A stretch of DNA of 64,000 nt from a virus (Duplodnaviria; Caudoviricetes), in the IMG/VR virus record IMGVR_UViG_3300037467_001552, positions 4,922 to 68,921 of that record; one strand, given 5' to 3'. A model generated the notes under the pieces. That model was not told the DNA's origin and made no database searches. It saw only the letters and a list, made by a program, of their open reading frames with translations. Of the stretch, positions 36,193-44,400 are shown piece after piece. Every line of letters starts with the position of its first letter. Position 1 is the stretch's first letter. The position numbers and the translations under genes are program-made.

Positions 36193-36196
36193 GGCG

Positions 36197-36607
36197 TCAC
36201 CGGGCCGGGACGCGATGCGGGAACGGCTTGCGGCAGTAGCGGAACTCCGCATCCACCTCGGCCTGGCGGCAGTCGAAGCGCGCGGGGTTGGCGGGGGATG
36301 AGGCTGGCAGCTCGCCGGCGCACCATTCCACTTCGGTGTCGGTCGCGGCGCGGCTGCAATCGTTCAGGCCGCCCCATTGGTTGCGGAAGTAGGCTTGAGG
36401 CGCGCCGTCCGCCTCGTCGTCGTCGGTCTCCGCATAGTCGGCGGGCGTTGCGCCAACGCATGCCTCTATCTGAACCGCGGTCGCGCTGGCCTTGCAGTAG
36501 CGTGCGCCGTCGACCGTGGTTCGCGTATGCGCATCGGCCGGCGTTGCGAGATAGACCGTGGCCGCCGTGGCGATGCCGCATGCGGCCGCAATGAGGATGG
36601 CGCGCAT
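36197..36607 (-). CDS. Secreted Cys-rich protein
   Basis: Signal peptide MRAILIAAACGIATAATVYLATPADA; several Cys. Confidence 0.55.
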   Translation of the reverse strand: MRAILIAAACGIATAATVYLATPADAHTRTTVDGARYCKASATAVQIEACVGATPADYAETDDDEADGAPQAYFRNQWGGLNDCSRAATDTEVEWCAGELPASSPANPARFDCRQAEVDAEFRYCRKPFPHRVPAR

Positions 36608-36817
36608 GTTAGCGGTTCCCCTTGCTGGCGTCACGGGCGTTGAGGATGGTGTGACCTGCCGCCCAGAGGGCACCGGTGGCCGTTGCCGCGCATGCGAGCG
36701 CTATTGCGATGATGGCTGTCATTGTCGTTCCTTGGGCTGCTGCCCGGTTGCGGTGTGATGTGAGCTAGGCACATCGTGCGAGGCCGGTTCGCACACCCGG
36801 CCTCGAGGCGATGGGTC

Positions 36818-37144
36818 TTAGCGGATGGCGCCGAGCAAGCGCGAGAGGCGGTTGTAGCTCGCCGGTGTGATGTTGCGCGGCGGGTGGAGCGAATAGCGGG
36901 TCTCTGCGCCAGTGTGAAAGTTGGTGTCCGTCCAGGTCGCCTCAAACCAACGGCCGCAATCCCAAACCGAGCTAGAGACCTGGCGAACCGCGCCGCGGAG
37001 GTCGAAAGCGTAATCGTTCAGATCCTCAACCCGGTCGAGCGTGTCACGGCCGCCGTTGGGGTGAACATAGCCGCGGTCAGCCGCGTCGCCTTCCTCCGCG
37101 CTCTCGGGGGTGACGGTCTCGTAAGTGACATGAAAGCGGACCAT
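36818..37144 (-). CDS. Hypothetical phage protein
   Basis: VTYETVTPESAEEGDAADRG..GAETRYSLH; RBS taggag. Confidence 0.7.
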   Translation of the reverse strand: MVRFHVTYETVTPESAEEGDAADRGYVHPNGGRDTLDRVEDLNDYAFDLRGAVRQVSSSVWDCGRWFEATWTDTNFHTGAETRYSLHPPRNITPASYNRLSRLLGAIR

Positions 37145-37239
37145 TTCCGTATCTCCTAGGGCTGCTGCCCGGTTGCGATGGGTGTAAGTTAGCCGATTGA
37201 TTTGGTGGTGTCAACTGGGGCCGGTGAAATTTTTTCGGG

Positions 37240-37356
37240 TTACAGCTTGAAGAAACGTGCCCGCAGGTAATCGGCATGCGCCGCGGCCTGCTCACGGGTG
37301 CGGAAGTCGAGGTCGAGGACACCGCCGGTCGGGAGAATGAAGCGGTAGAAGGTCAT
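37240..37356 (-). CDS. Small hypothetical protein
   Basis: MTFYRFILPTGGVLDLDFRTREQAAAHADYLRARFFKL*, first gene after the outermost cassette promoter. Confidence 0.5.
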   Translation of the reverse strand: MTFYRFILPTGGVLDLDFRTREQAAAHADYLRARFFKL

Positions 37357-37504
37357 TGGCTTGGCTTTCGTTTGGGCGGCTGCCCGGTTGCGATGAAGCT
37401 AACTTAGTCGATCGGTTTTGCGGTGTCAACAGGGCATCGCGATTTTTTTTCGGTGCGCCTCGAGCTGGCGTGCGACCGCCCGGCGAGCCTGCGGCGGCGA
37501 TGGC

Positions 37505-38037
37505 GGATTCTAAGAGATTTCTAAGAAATCGCCCGGTTTCGACGGCACTTCGCCGAGCAAGTGCCGTAAAGTGCCGTAGGTTCGCAAACGCCGATTTCTG
37601 GTGTCCCGCCAAGGGGTTAGCCGCGCAGCGAGCCTCCGCGGGGTACGGCAGTACGGCAGTTGGTACGGCACTTCGTTTTCGGAAGTGCCGTAGGGTTAAC
37701 CGCCTGAACCGCAAGGGGAATTCCCGCCGGTACGGCACTACGGCACTTTTTCCCTTACTCCACGTAGGAGAGGAAAATAGGAAAGGGGCGCGCCTGCCTG
37801 CCCGCGGGTGTGCGGGCCCGCGTTTATTCCCCGTGTAGCGCCAAGTTGGGTTTTTGGTGCCGTAGTGCCGTAAACGGCTCGGCAGCGCGGTTAAGTGCCT
37901 GCGGGGCAACGAAAAAAAGTACGGCACTTGGTACGGCACTTGGTACGGCACTTGTGGTTTCGAAGTGCCGTAAAGTGCCGTAAATGGCCCATTTCTGAAC
38001 GGACGTTCAGAATTTTCTTAGAAATCTCTTAGAATCC
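37505..38037. repeat. Iteron-rich non-coding locus bounded by perfect 24-bp inverted repeats (candidate pac/cos, ori or centromere)
   Basis: ggattctaagagatttctaagaaa (37505-37528) and its exact complement (38014-38037); 13 exact GTGCCGTA/TACGGCAC copies inside. Confidence 0.9.
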
Positions 38038-38060
38038 TTAGAAAGCGTGAGGGACAGCGG

Positions 38061-38675
38061 ATGGCTGGCACAAAGAGGCCGGCGACGGCGCCGGCTGATG
38101 CCAGCGACGCGCCTAAGGCGAAGCGGACCTACGCCAAGAACGGCGCGACCAAGCGCGAGGCGATGGAGGCTGTGCAGGCCGCTCGAGCTGCGACACCGAA
38201 GACCGGCAGGCCGCGCGAGTTCACGGCGGAGATGAAGGCGGAGATCATCCGCCGCATCGAGGCCGGCGAGCGCATGACCGCGATATGCCGGGATGCACAC
38301 CTGCCCGACGCGGCAACGGTCTACAGGGCGCGGTACAGCGACGTCGTCTTTTGCGCTGAACTCGCGCGCGCGAAGGAGGTGGCGGCACTGATCATGCTCG
38401 ACACCATGTTCGACGTGGCGTGGGACGATCGCCAGGACTGGGAGGCGGTCGAGCGGCGCGGCGCGACTGAGCACCGGGTCAACCGGGAGGCGGTCGAGCG
38501 GTCGAAGATCAAGATTGACCTCTGCAAATGGACGATGGCTCGCCATTACAAGGCGTTCTTCTCCGACGATGCCACCAAGATCACAGCGGAAACCGGAGAC
38601 GCCGCCTCGACGATCAAGCAGGACGCGACCGTCATCGCCCCGGACGAGCCTGGCCCTGACAAGCCTGTGCTGTGA
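38061..38675 (+). CDS. terS: Terminase small subunit
   Basis: GRPREFTAEMKAEIIRRIEAGERMTAICRDAHLPDAATVYR HTH; VERSKIKIDLCKWTMAR; position before terL. Confidence 0.85.
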   Translation: MAGTKRPATAPADASDAPKAKRTYAKNGATKREAMEAVQAARAATPKTGRPREFTAEMKAEIIRRIEAGERMTAICRDAHLPDAATVYRARYSDVVFCAELARAKEVAALIMLDTMFDVAWDDRQDWEAVERRGATEHRVNREAVERSKIKIDLCKWTMARHYKAFFSDDATKITAETGDAASTIKQDATVIAPDEPGPDKPVL

Positions 38676-38952
38676 CCGTGCCGCACGGGCGGGGTCTAGC
38701 GGCACGCCCTGCCGCCTGCCCTCGCACCGTGCCACACGGGTCGAAGGCAGGCTTTTGGCACGGTCGTGCCTCAGGGTCCGGAGCCTAGCGGCACGGTGGG
38801 AGCCAGCAACCGTCGGCGGGCAGGGGGAGGGCCTCGACCACCCCCCCATGGTGTAGGTCGAGCGCGCCGGGGCGCGCACCCCACCCCGCACAGCACACCT
38901 CGTGTGTGACGGCTAGGAAAAAATACCAGTATCGCGCGTGACGGAGGCTTCG

Positions 38953-39105
38953 ATGGACCTGTGGCACATCTTCATGGCCGCGCTCACGATCGGCATGGGC
39001 TTCCGGCTCGGATCGCTCGCGGTTGAGGGCCTCTCAGATCTCTGCACGTTCACGATCGCCTGGTCGTTCGAGCGCTCCTCAGAAAAATCCACACATCGCG
39101 CGTGA
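38953..39105 (+). CDS. Small membrane protein
   Basis: MDLWHIFMAALTIGMGFRLGSLAVEGL...; its stop codon lies in a repeat copy. Confidence 0.5.
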   Translation: MDLWHIFMAALTIGMGFRLGSLAVEGLSDLCTFTIAWSFERSSEKSTHRA

Positions 39106-39165
39106 CGACACCCGAAATCCGTCTGCGCCCCAAAAAACCACCCCCTCGCGTGTGACGGAGGCCCG

Positions 39166-39423
39166 ATGGCTGACCCGATTATCCACGAAGCCCTCGTGAT
39201 CGAGGCTGCGGTCAACGGCGGTTACATCGTGACCAGTCACGGCACGCAAGGTTACCGTCCCGCCAACCTGTTCGCCGGCACGCTCGACGAGTGCTTCGCG
39301 TTCATCCGCAAGAGCATCCGGAAGGTCGAGGCGCCGAAGCCGCGCGCCGGGATGACGATCGACGTCAATGGCGAGCGCTTCAAGACCTTCCAGAAGATGG
39401 ATGGCAGTACCTGGTTCGCCTGA
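39166..39423 (+). CDS. Hypothetical protein (paralogue of next gene)
   Basis: LVIEAAVNGGYIV..FAGTLDECFAFIRK. Confidence 0.65.
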   Translation: MADPIIHEALVIEAAVNGGYIVTSHGTQGYRPANLFAGTLDECFAFIRKSIRKVEAPKPRAGMTIDVNGERFKTFQKMDGSTWFA

Positions 39424-39455
39424 AAACCACCCCTACGCGCGTGACGGAGCCCTCG

Positions 39456-39689
39456 ATGTCCGACACCCCTCCCGACATGCTGAGCATCGTGGCGGCCCGG
39501 GACGGCGGCTACTACGTCGTCGGCCGGGACAAGGTGGTCCGGTTCGCGGGCGACCTGGCGGCGGCGACGAGCTACGTGACCCGCACGATCCTGAAGGTCG
39601 AGCGCCCGCTCCCGCAGGTACGGTCGTACCAAGACTTCGGTCATGAGCCGGTCAAGCCGACCACCTGGCGGCCTTCGCTGTTTGCCTGA
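39456..39689 (+). CDS. Hypothetical protein (paralogue of previous gene)
   Basis: LSIVAARDGGYYVV..FAGDLAAATSYVTR. Confidence 0.65.
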   Translation: MSDTPPDMLSIVAARDGGYYVVGRDKVVRFAGDLAAATSYVTRTILKVERPLPQVRSYQDFGHEPVKPTTWRPSLFA

Positions 39690-39729
39690 CCCCAAAAAAT
39701 ACCAGACCCATCGCGTGACGGAGCCCCTG

Positions 39730-39927
39730 ATGCCGACCTGCGAGACCTGCAAGCTCTGGCGCCCGGAGGACCGTGCGGTCGAGGGCGAGCGGGAGCCCAA
39801 GCATCCCCGCGGCCGGTGCGGCAGTCTGGACGAGCGCGTCCCGGTCGGACCGGGGCACGGCGCCTTGAGCACGTTCCATGATTTCGGGTGCGTGGCGCAC
39901 GAGCCCAAAGACCCGGAAATCCATTAG
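39730..39927 (+). CDS. Small Cys-rich protein
   Basis: CETCKLW..GRC..FGCVAH. Confidence 0.6.
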   Translation: MPTCETCKLWRPEDRAVEGEREPKHPRGRCGSLDERVPVGPGHGALSTFHDFGCVAHEPKDPEIH

Positions 39928-40103
39928 GAAGCCCCAGGACGGGCGCGAGCCGTCCCGCTAGGGAATCTACCGTCCGTGAGCGCCAAAGCCGCCAGCGCGC
40001 CGGATTTCGCAAGCTAGGCCATATCCAGAGAATGGCACCACTGCTCTGCCGCGCTGCGGTTGAGCCCAAAAGCCCAAACCCCAACCCAAGTCTATCGGAT
40101 GAC

Positions 40104-41420
40104 ATGACTGACGGCATCAAGCTAACCCCAAAACAGAGTAATATCTACTATTGGGGATGGCAGCCGGAAGCAAGGTTTAGATATGCTTGCTGTGGTCGAA
40201 GGTTTGGCAAGTCGTTTTTGACGACGGCCGAGATTAGACGAGCGCTTAGACTTGCCGTTGAGCGCAACGTTTCTACCGACGACGAGGTCTGGTACGGATG
40301 TCCGACCTTCAAGCAGGGCAAACGTGTATTCTGGTCTAGGATAAAGCGAGCCATTCCGCGTTCGTGGATCCGCTCGACGAACGAGACCGAGTGCTACATG
40401 ACCTTGAAGACGGGCCACGTCTTCCGGATCGTCGGCCTCGACAACTACGACGCCTTGCGCGGATCCGGATTGTGGTTCTTCGCGGGCGACGAGTGGGCGG
40501 ATTGCCCTCCGCAAGCTTGGGACGAAGTTGTTCGCCCGATGCTGAGTACAGCTCAAGGTCATGCACTGTTCATCGGCACTGGAAAGGGGTACAATCACTT
40601 TTACGATGGTTGGCTTGCAGGTCAACCGAATGGCGACCCCGAGACAAAATCCTGGCTATACACCACGCTTGACGGCGGCAACGTTCCATCTCACGAGATT
40701 GAGCGCGCAAAGCGCGAGCTAGACCCAAGAACATATCGCCAGGAATACGAGGCAACCTTCGAAAGCTTCGGCGGACGAGTTTATTACTCGTTCGACCGCA
40801 AGGAAAGCGTCAAGCGCTGCGAGTTCAACCCGAACCTGGATGTCCGGGTCGGCATGGACTTCAACGTGAACCCGATGAGCGCCACGATCTGGCAGACTCA
40901 AGAGAACGGGGAGGATTGGCAAGTTCACGAGATCCAGATCCCCTCGTCGAACACGCACGAGATGTGTTTGGAACTCAAGCGCCGGTATGCGCGCACGAAC
41001 CTCATGCCAGAGCAGCAGGTCAAACACGTTCACATTTTCCCGGATCCGGCCGGCGCGCAGCGGCGCACCTCGGCACAGGGCGAGACGGATATCGGCATCC
41101 TCCGCAAGGAGGGGTTCACGGTGTTCGCGATGTCGAGCCACCCCTTGGTGCGCGACCGCATCAACGTGATGAACGCGCGGTTCCAGAACGCGGCAGGTGA
41201 GCGCAAGGCGTTCGTCGATCCGTCGTGCAAGAAGTCGATCGAGTCTTACGAGCGCCTCTCATTCAAGGAAGGCACATCGGACCCGGACAAGACGCAGACG
41301 TTCTTGTCTGACTCGTCAACTACGATTGATCATTTGCCCGATAGCGCGGGCTACATGTTCTACACCCTATATGGGAAGAACCCGACCCGCGCGATACATA
41401 TGCCGTTTATGGGAAGATAG
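40104..41420 (+). CDS. terL: Terminase large subunit
   Basis: CGRRFGKS Walker A, GDEWAD Walker B, GMDFN, DPAG, DHLPDSAGY nuclease acids. Confidence 0.95.
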   Translation: MTDGIKLTPKQSNIYYWGWQPEARFRYACCGRRFGKSFLTTAEIRRALRLAVERNVSTDDEVWYGCPTFKQGKRVFWSRIKRAIPRSWIRSTNETECYMTLKTGHVFRIVGLDNYDALRGSGLWFFAGDEWADCPPQAWDEVVRPMLSTAQGHALFIGTGKGYNHFYDGWLAGQPNGDPETKSWLYTTLDGGNVPSHEIERAKRELDPRTYRQEYEATFESFGGRVYYSFDRKESVKRCEFNPNLDVRVGMDFNVNPMSATIWQTQENGEDWQVHEIQIPSSNTHEMCLELKRRYARTNLMPEQQVKHVHIFPDPAGAQRRTSAQGETDIGILRKEGFTVFAMSSHPLVRDRINVMNARFQNAAGERKAFVDPSCKKSIESYERLSFKEGTSDPDKTQTFLSDSSTTIDHLPDSAGYMFYTLYGKNPTRAIHMPFMGR

Positions 41421-41473
41421 TTGACGCCGTCGACACGACAGGTTACTTTTCATGCAACATACACGAGGTTGGC

Positions 41474-42091
41474 ATGAAACAGCACCCTATTGTGATCAGC
41501 GATACGACCCAGGAATTCCTCGGGCGGCGCTACTACCTTTGCGGAAGGTACTTTCAGGATGCGGGCAAGCGCCTGCACCGTGCTGTTTGGGAACACCACA
41601 ACGGCGCGATCCCGAAGGGCATGCACGTCCATCACAAGGACGAGGATCGGTGCAACAACCGAATCGACAACCTCGAACTCATGAGCGCCTCCAAGCATAT
41701 GGAGCATCACATGAGCAGCGAGGAGCGGATCGCGTCAGCTCGCGAGGCCCTTAAGATCGGGCAACTTGCAGCCCCGGCCTGGCACGCCAGCGCCGAGGGC
41801 AAAGAGTGGCATCGGCAGAACTGGGAGAAGATGAAGCATCATCTCTTCAAGAAGATCCGGGCCACATGCACCTGCTGCGGGCGTGAATACGAAGCTACGG
41901 ACAACGGCAAAGATCACAAGTTCTGCTCAAAGAACTGCAAGGCGCAAGCCAGAAGAGACTCTGGCATCGACAACATCGAGAAGACTTGCCAAAGATGCGG
42001 CGGCAAGTTCATGCATAACAAGTATGCAAAACGAAAGTTTTGCTTTGCTTGTCAGGAAGATCGCGTGAACGCGCTCCGGTCGCAATCATGA
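41474..42091 (+). CDS. HNH homing endonuclease with C-terminal zinc ribbons
   Basis: LHRAVWE..VHHKDEDRCNNRIDNLEL; CTCC..CSKNC..CQRC..CFAC. Confidence 0.88.
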   Translation: MKQHPIVISDTTQEFLGRRYYLCGRYFQDAGKRLHRAVWEHHNGAIPKGMHVHHKDEDRCNNRIDNLELMSASKHMEHHMSSEERIASAREALKIGQLAAPAWHASAEGKEWHRQNWEKMKHHLFKKIRATCTCCGREYEATDNGKDHKFCSKNCKAQARRDSGIDNIEKTCQRCGGKFMHNKYAKRKFCFACQEDRVNALRSQS

Positions 42092-42115
42092 GGTAGCTTA
42101 AGGGGCCGCCATAGT

Positions 42116-43657
42116 ATGTTCAGAACCATCTACGGCGGCATCCAGCGCGATACGGACTACCCCGAGCGGCAGTTCACCCTGGACGTCTACAACCGCGTCC
42201 TTGAGGGCGCGATCTACGAGCACCTTCCTTACGGCTTCCACGAAGAGAAGTCGCCGAGCCAGGAGTACATCCCGCTCCGGCAACGGCGGCCGTGCGTGCG
42301 CTCGAACCTGGCGCGCGTCGTGGTCGAGGACGTCGCCTCGCTGGTGTTCGGCGAGGGTCGGTTCCCGAAGGTCGATTGCGGTGAGAACGCCGACGCCGAG
42401 GAGGCGTTGCTGCGCCTCTCCAAGGACGCACGGCTCAACGACATCATGGTCGACGCGGTCACCCGCGGCTCGGTCGGCTCGATCGCGATCCACATGCGCG
42501 TGCTCAAGCAGCGCGAGGGCAAGGACCGCTACCGCGCCTTCTTCGATGTCCACGACACGCAGTTCTTGGAGCCTGAGTTCGACCCGACCTGCCCCGACCG
42601 GCTGATCGCCGTGCGGGAGCGCTACAAGGTCAAGGGCGAGCAGCTCAAGGCGCTCGGCTATGAGATCCCCGACGACGCCGGGGCGCTCGATTTCTGGTTC
42701 GGGAGGGACTGGAACGAGCAGGAAGAGATTTGGTGGCAGCCCTGGCCGGTCTCGGCCGAGGAGCCCGCCATGGTCAAGGACGGCGCGCGGTCCGTCCCGC
42801 ACGGCCTTGGATTTTGTCCGTGGGTGTGGGTGAAGAACCTGCCCGGCCGTTTGCGCCTGCTGCCGGAGATCGGCCTGACCGGATCCGCCATGCGGTTCAG
42901 CGATGTCGATGGCACCTGCACCTTCGCGGCTTCGATCGAGACCGTGATGGAGATCGACTACCTGCTCAGCCAGGGCGGCCGCGGCCTGAAGTACAGCATG
43001 GACCCCATGCTGATGCTCAAAGAGCCGGCCGCTCCGATGGACTCCAACGGCGAGATCCTGAAGAGCCCGAGCAACGTGCTGATCACCTCCGAGAAGGGTG
43101 ACGCCAAGCTGCTTGAGATCTCCGGCAACGGGTTCACGACCATGCTGGAGTTCGTGCGGACGCTCCGCGAGACCGCGCTCGAGGCGATCCACGGCAACCG
43201 CGCCAGCCCCGAGAAGCTCAGCGCCGCCCAGTCGGGCCGGGCGATGGAACTGCTCAACATGGCGCTGATCTGGTTGGCGGAGAAAAAGCGCTCGACCTAC
43301 GGCGAGGGCGCGCTCTTGTCCCTGTTCCGGATGGCCTTGGCGGCGAATGAGAAATTCCCGCTTTACGCCGCCGGCAAACAGCTCGGGGACTTCGCTCCCG
43401 AGACCGCCATGGCGCTCAAGTGGCAGCCGTGGTTCACGCCGACCTTCCAGGATCGCAAGGACATGGCGCTGACCGTGACTGAGCACCGGAAGTCGCACAC
43501 CCTGTCGCGCGAGACCGCCGTGAAGGCGGTGGCCGGCATGTACGACATTGAAGATCCCGCCAGCGAGATCGCCAAGATCACGGCTGACGAGGCTGCGGAA
43601 GTCGCCCTGCTCGCGACCCTGAAGGGCGCCGGTCAGGTCCGCAACAACGACGTGTAA
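42116..43657 (+). CDS. Portal protein
   Basis: 513 aa after terL; PHGLGFCPWVW, SGRAM motifs of SPP1-like portals. Confidence 0.85.
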   Translation: MFRTIYGGIQRDTDYPERQFTLDVYNRVLEGAIYEHLPYGFHEEKSPSQEYIPLRQRRPCVRSNLARVVVEDVASLVFGEGRFPKVDCGENADAEEALLRLSKDARLNDIMVDAVTRGSVGSIAIHMRVLKQREGKDRYRAFFDVHDTQFLEPEFDPTCPDRLIAVRERYKVKGEQLKALGYEIPDDAGALDFWFGRDWNEQEEIWWQPWPVSAEEPAMVKDGARSVPHGLGFCPWVWVKNLPGRLRLLPEIGLTGSAMRFSDVDGTCTFAASIETVMEIDYLLSQGGRGLKYSMDPMLMLKEPAAPMDSNGEILKSPSNVLITSEKGDAKLLEISGNGFTTMLEFVRTLRETALEAIHGNRASPEKLSAAQSGRAMELLNMALIWLAEKKRSTYGEGALLSLFRMALAANEKFPLYAAGKQLGDFAPETAMALKWQPWFTPTFQDRKDMALTVTEHRKSHTLSRETAVKAVAGMYDIEDPASEIAKITADEAAEVALLATLKGAGQVRNNDV

Positions 43658-43690
43658 CGCCGCCGAGGCGGCTCAATCCTTCGAGGACAG

Positions 43691-44281
43691 ATGTCTGAGA
43701 CCATCGACGCCCCGGCCAACGAGCCGGCGGCGACCCCTGCGCCTGCGCCCGTCCCGACCGGCGCGAAGCGCGATCCCGATACGTTCTCGCGCGACTACGT
43801 CAAGGATCTGCGCGAAGAGCTGAAGGGCTGGCGCCTGACCGCCAAGGATCACCAGACCAAGCTGGAGGCCGCCGAGGCCGCCCGCGCCGCCGCGGAAGCC
43901 GCGATGGCCGAGAAGGTGTCCGCCGCGGAAGCCGCGCTCGCCGAGAAGGTCTCGGCCGCCGAGAAGGCTGCCAACGACCGGATCCTGCGCGCTGAACTCA
44001 AGACTGCCGCCCTGAAGGCCGGCATGGTCGATCTCGACGGCCTGAAGCTCGCCGACCTCACGAAGGTCACGCTCGATGAGAGTGGCGAGGTCCAGGGCGC
44101 CGACGAACTGATGGCCTCGCTCAAGGAAGCGAAGCCGTACCTGTTCGGCCAGCCCGTCCAGGGCACGTCCTCGACCGCCCCCGCGCCCAAGCCGGGCGAT
44201 GTCAAGCCGAAGACGGCCAAGGAAATGTCCGCGGAGGAGCGCGCCCGCTTCCTGCGCGAGCATAGCGCCAAGCACCGCTAG
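43691..44281 (+). CDS. Capsid scaffold protein
   Basis: YVKDLREE, Ala-rich coil, LKEAKPYLF. Confidence 0.8.
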   Translation: MSETIDAPANEPAATPAPAPVPTGAKRDPDTFSRDYVKDLREELKGWRLTAKDHQTKLEAAEAARAAAEAAMAEKVSAAEAALAEKVSAAEKAANDRILRAELKTAALKAGMVDLDGLKLADLTKVTLDESGEVQGADELMASLKEAKPYLFGQPVQGTSSTAPAPKPGDVKPKTAKEMSAEERARFLREHSAKHR

Positions 44282-44400
44282 AGAGCGGACCAGCGCCCCG
44301 TATTCGTCGCGCGAGCCCAAGTCTCCGCGCCGCCAAGCCCAAGAGCCTGATGGCTGAGGGCAAATTCATCCATCTCATCCATCAGGATTAAGAGCCAACC

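Larger units (their letters stand above)
34863..37429 (-). repeat. Five copies of a 22-nt leader CATCGCAACCGGGCAGCAGCCC, four directly after TTGACA-16/17-TAA(G/C)(T/A)T promoters
   Basis: Plus-strand gggc(t/g/a)(g/t)ctgcccggttgcg(a/g)tg at 34863, 35975, 36734, 37159, 37374; tgtcaa at 34912, 36025, 37209, 37424. Confidence 0.92.
38896..39732 (+). repeat. Six copies of an AAAAA..ACC..TCGCG(Y)GTGACGGAG..CGATG start-associated motif
   Basis: Copies near 38896, 38918, 39082, 39132, 39423, 39694; four end in an ATG. Confidence 0.85.

Noticed and set aside
36610-36722. Possible frameshifted small membrane gene after the third leader repeat
   Set aside because: MTAIIAIALACG continues plausibly only after a frameshift (ATATGALWAAGHTILNARDASKGNR*); too short to tell a pseudogene from a sequencing error or chance.
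37505-38037. CRISPR array (repeats plus a Cas4-like gene elsewhere)
   Set aside because: Repeats are 8-10 bp, in both orientations and irregularly spaced; there are no 23-47-bp repeats with unique spacers and no cas1/cas2.
37505-38037. N15-like telomere resolution site
   Set aside because: The inverted repeats are about 485 bp apart rather than forming one contiguous palindrome, and no protelomerase gene was recognised.
44282-44400. Riboswitch before the capsid gene
   Set aside because: Only one clear stem (cctgatgg/ccatcagg) and no recognisable aptamer consensus; likely an ordinary stabilising hairpin.
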